This document shows, in pieces, positions 61,501 through 63,766 of a stretch of DNA of 63,766 bases (position 1 is the first letter of the stretch; the number at the start of each line of letters is the position of its first letter). Under the pieces are notes generated by a model. It had not been told where the DNA came from and made no database searches. It was given only the letters and a program-made list of their open reading frames with translations. The DNA comes from Parasitella parasitica NRRL 2501 (Eukaryota > Fungi > Mucoromycota), in the NCBI GenBank assembly GCA_025201805.1, contig MU619251.1, positions 124,001-187,766 on the forward strand, in the 5' to 3' direction. A program made the position numbers and the translations under genes.

Positions 61501-63766
61501 ATACCTTTTTTTTTATGATACCGTATAGTAGTGCTTTTATTTCAAGATCCAACTATATTCTGATACTTATATTACTTTGTATGTGTCGCTTTAGTAATCT
61601 AGAAATGAAAGCACTTGAAGAGATGGATTAAACTCAGAACGCATAAAGCGCGTTTTTTTCCACCGTTTCAACTCTTTAAAGTACTATATCCTGCTGGATA
61701 TATGAGGTAAATTTGATTTTTTTTTTTAATTTAATTGCTCTGATTCTTGTCTTTTTAATGGTGTTAATCATTGTTTTTTGGCATGTTAACTTATTGGACG
61801 CTCCAATTGGCTTTCTCGCAAAACACAAAAAGAAAGTCCTCAAACACCTCATATTGCTTAAAATACTGCAAAAGTGTCGTTCAATCCACTTGAGTTCGTT
61901 GCTTAAAGATGCCATATAATCTGTTATGTCTTTAGAGTTTAGCTTACTCTATTTTGATATACTTTAGCATGCTATTATGTGTATCTTTATTACTTTCAGG
62001 TTTTAATCGCGCTTTGAATTTTGAGTGCTTGTGTTGCTTAACTATCATCACAAGGACAGCGACATTGACTCCTAACGTAGTAATTGCTTTTATGGTTAAA
62101 GAAAAAATAATTATGATAAAGTTTATGCATTTAATATGGTGTGTTTGATTGAACATTAGATGCAAGGTGCACACAAATCAGCAGCCCTTTGATAAGTGCT
62201 GTTATTCGCATATACTCCTTGACTACATGTAAATACAATCCTTTGGTAACTCAAGTTGCTTTCGAGCATAAACCTAGTCAGGTATTGAAAAAGCGGGCAC
62301 CGTGAGTATGGTTTCAACAGGCTTGGCTTTAATAACAAGGACAGTATGCTGTTCTCTACTTCAAATCTCATTTTAAAATGTACATTGTGCATTTTTGACT
62401 GTATGCATACGAAACTGTTCCTGGGAAAACCCTGTAAAAAGGGATTTCATGTAAATCTCAATAAATTAGGCTATATATATGTTATCACATATAGTGTATA
62501 TACATATGTGCGTGTGCTTGTGCGTGTCTACACTTGTCTTTACAAAACTGCTGGTAATCGCACACAGACGGTGACATTAATTATTTCGGCCAAATCGTAT
62601 ATTTATAGATTAAATCGTTATCTGCTTATATAAAAGGATTATAAATTGTCATGGGGCTTTCTTTTTCCCAGGAAAAGGTGGTCTGTTCGACATTCTGCGG
62701 CTTTTTAGATCAATGAATGACAAGGGCATTTTCATATATTTGTGCTATCGCCGAGTTTTTTTTTTTTTTTTTTTTTTTTTGAGTAGAGTACAAAAATAAT
62801 AACTAATGTAACTTGTCTGTGTGCACTTTTCTCCGCAAAACCGATATGCATACTCCTGTATGATAGTATATCTCATCAACGCAAACGTCATTTATAGTGA
62901 GAGATAGCTTTGCTTTAATAGTTTTCCAAAAGAAAACAGGCTAAGCCTATTCATTATAATAAAACAAAACAAAACAAAACAGAGATCCACCATGACCAAC
63001 ATTGCATAATGTATAATAATGATTTGCTGATCATTTGTGCTACTCAGAAAGCCTGTGTTGAGGTGATTTTTGCAGTTGATTTTAACAAATTGGTTCGAGT
63101 TGCCATGGTAACAAAAATTCAGGTACTGTTTTCTGCTGTGATCCAGGGCCAACGAAATGTATGATAAAAGTGCCGTGTCATGCACAAAAGGAGCTTTTTT
63201 GATTGTATTTTTTTTGTTCTCATCAAACTGATCTTATTTCTTTATCTTGCAAGTGAAGATGGGTTTCTTGAATGAATAATGAATATTTAACAACCAAAAA
63301 AATCTATAGTTTTCTCCCTTTAAATAAACAAAAAACCATCACAACAAATAACAACAACAAATCGAGAAACTACTTTGTTATTGATTATTTGTTCAACTCG
63401 ATTAGCGTCGGTGGATTCCGATATTATACGATGCTGGTCCTTTTGGACGCTCAAAATAGTGGTAACGTAAATCTTCCATCTATAAACTGGGTTTTTTTTT
63501 GAAATATATTTTGCGCAACTTGGATATCTTTAAGATGTTACACTGATTGCATTAATTCACATTCCACAATTTTTTTTAGAGATGGATGTGACTCTATGGA
63601 TATAGAAATCATGGGAGGTCTGGAAGAAGTTCACTAAATAGACTATGACGAGAAACGATGAGGCAAAGGCCTCAATATCATGGGGCTAAACTCAATGGCT
63701 TTACCCATTTTCTAAATGCTTTATTGTGTACAAATTCTTTTGTGGTCGAGACTTTTTTTTTTTTTT

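Overview
Eukaryotic, AT-rich, gene-dense fungal DNA with short (about 55-150 nt) spliceosomal introns. Gene content and intron style point to Mucoromycota/Mucorales (inference). About 25 protein-coding genes are supported. They include a GH5 glucanase, a HAL/Hrk1-type kinase, mitochondrial MnmA/Slm3, VAP/Scs2, alpha-tubulin, VDAC, a Dal5-like MFS, a GH125 + GT32-LamG tandem pair, RPB4, Dsc2/UBAC2 and a Baeyer-Villiger monooxygenase. Further along are a NuiA-like protein, a 61-aa YABBY/HMG-like microprotein, 6PGD, a membrane PDI, a histone-fold+PHD TAF, MtnB, PHO84, a mucoricin-like ricin-B + CipC fusion, MRP51, LMBRD1 and an Msn2/Seb1-type C2H2 factor. RPB4, the YABBY-like gene and the ricin-B half of the fusion are largely invisible in the ORF track and were reconstructed by hand from splice sites. 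Intergenic DNA holds decayed mobile-element relics: a Tc1/IS630 transposase fragment, two copies of a solo-LTR-like repeat, and a possible Fanzor-like fragment. The most interesting candidates are the intronless NuiA-type nuclease-inhibitor homolog that keeps both inhibitory residues, the mucoricin-like/CipC fusion, and the GH125-GT32 pair separated by only 66 bp. All family assignments come from motif recognition, not from database searches. No tRNA, rRNA or CRISPR array was found.
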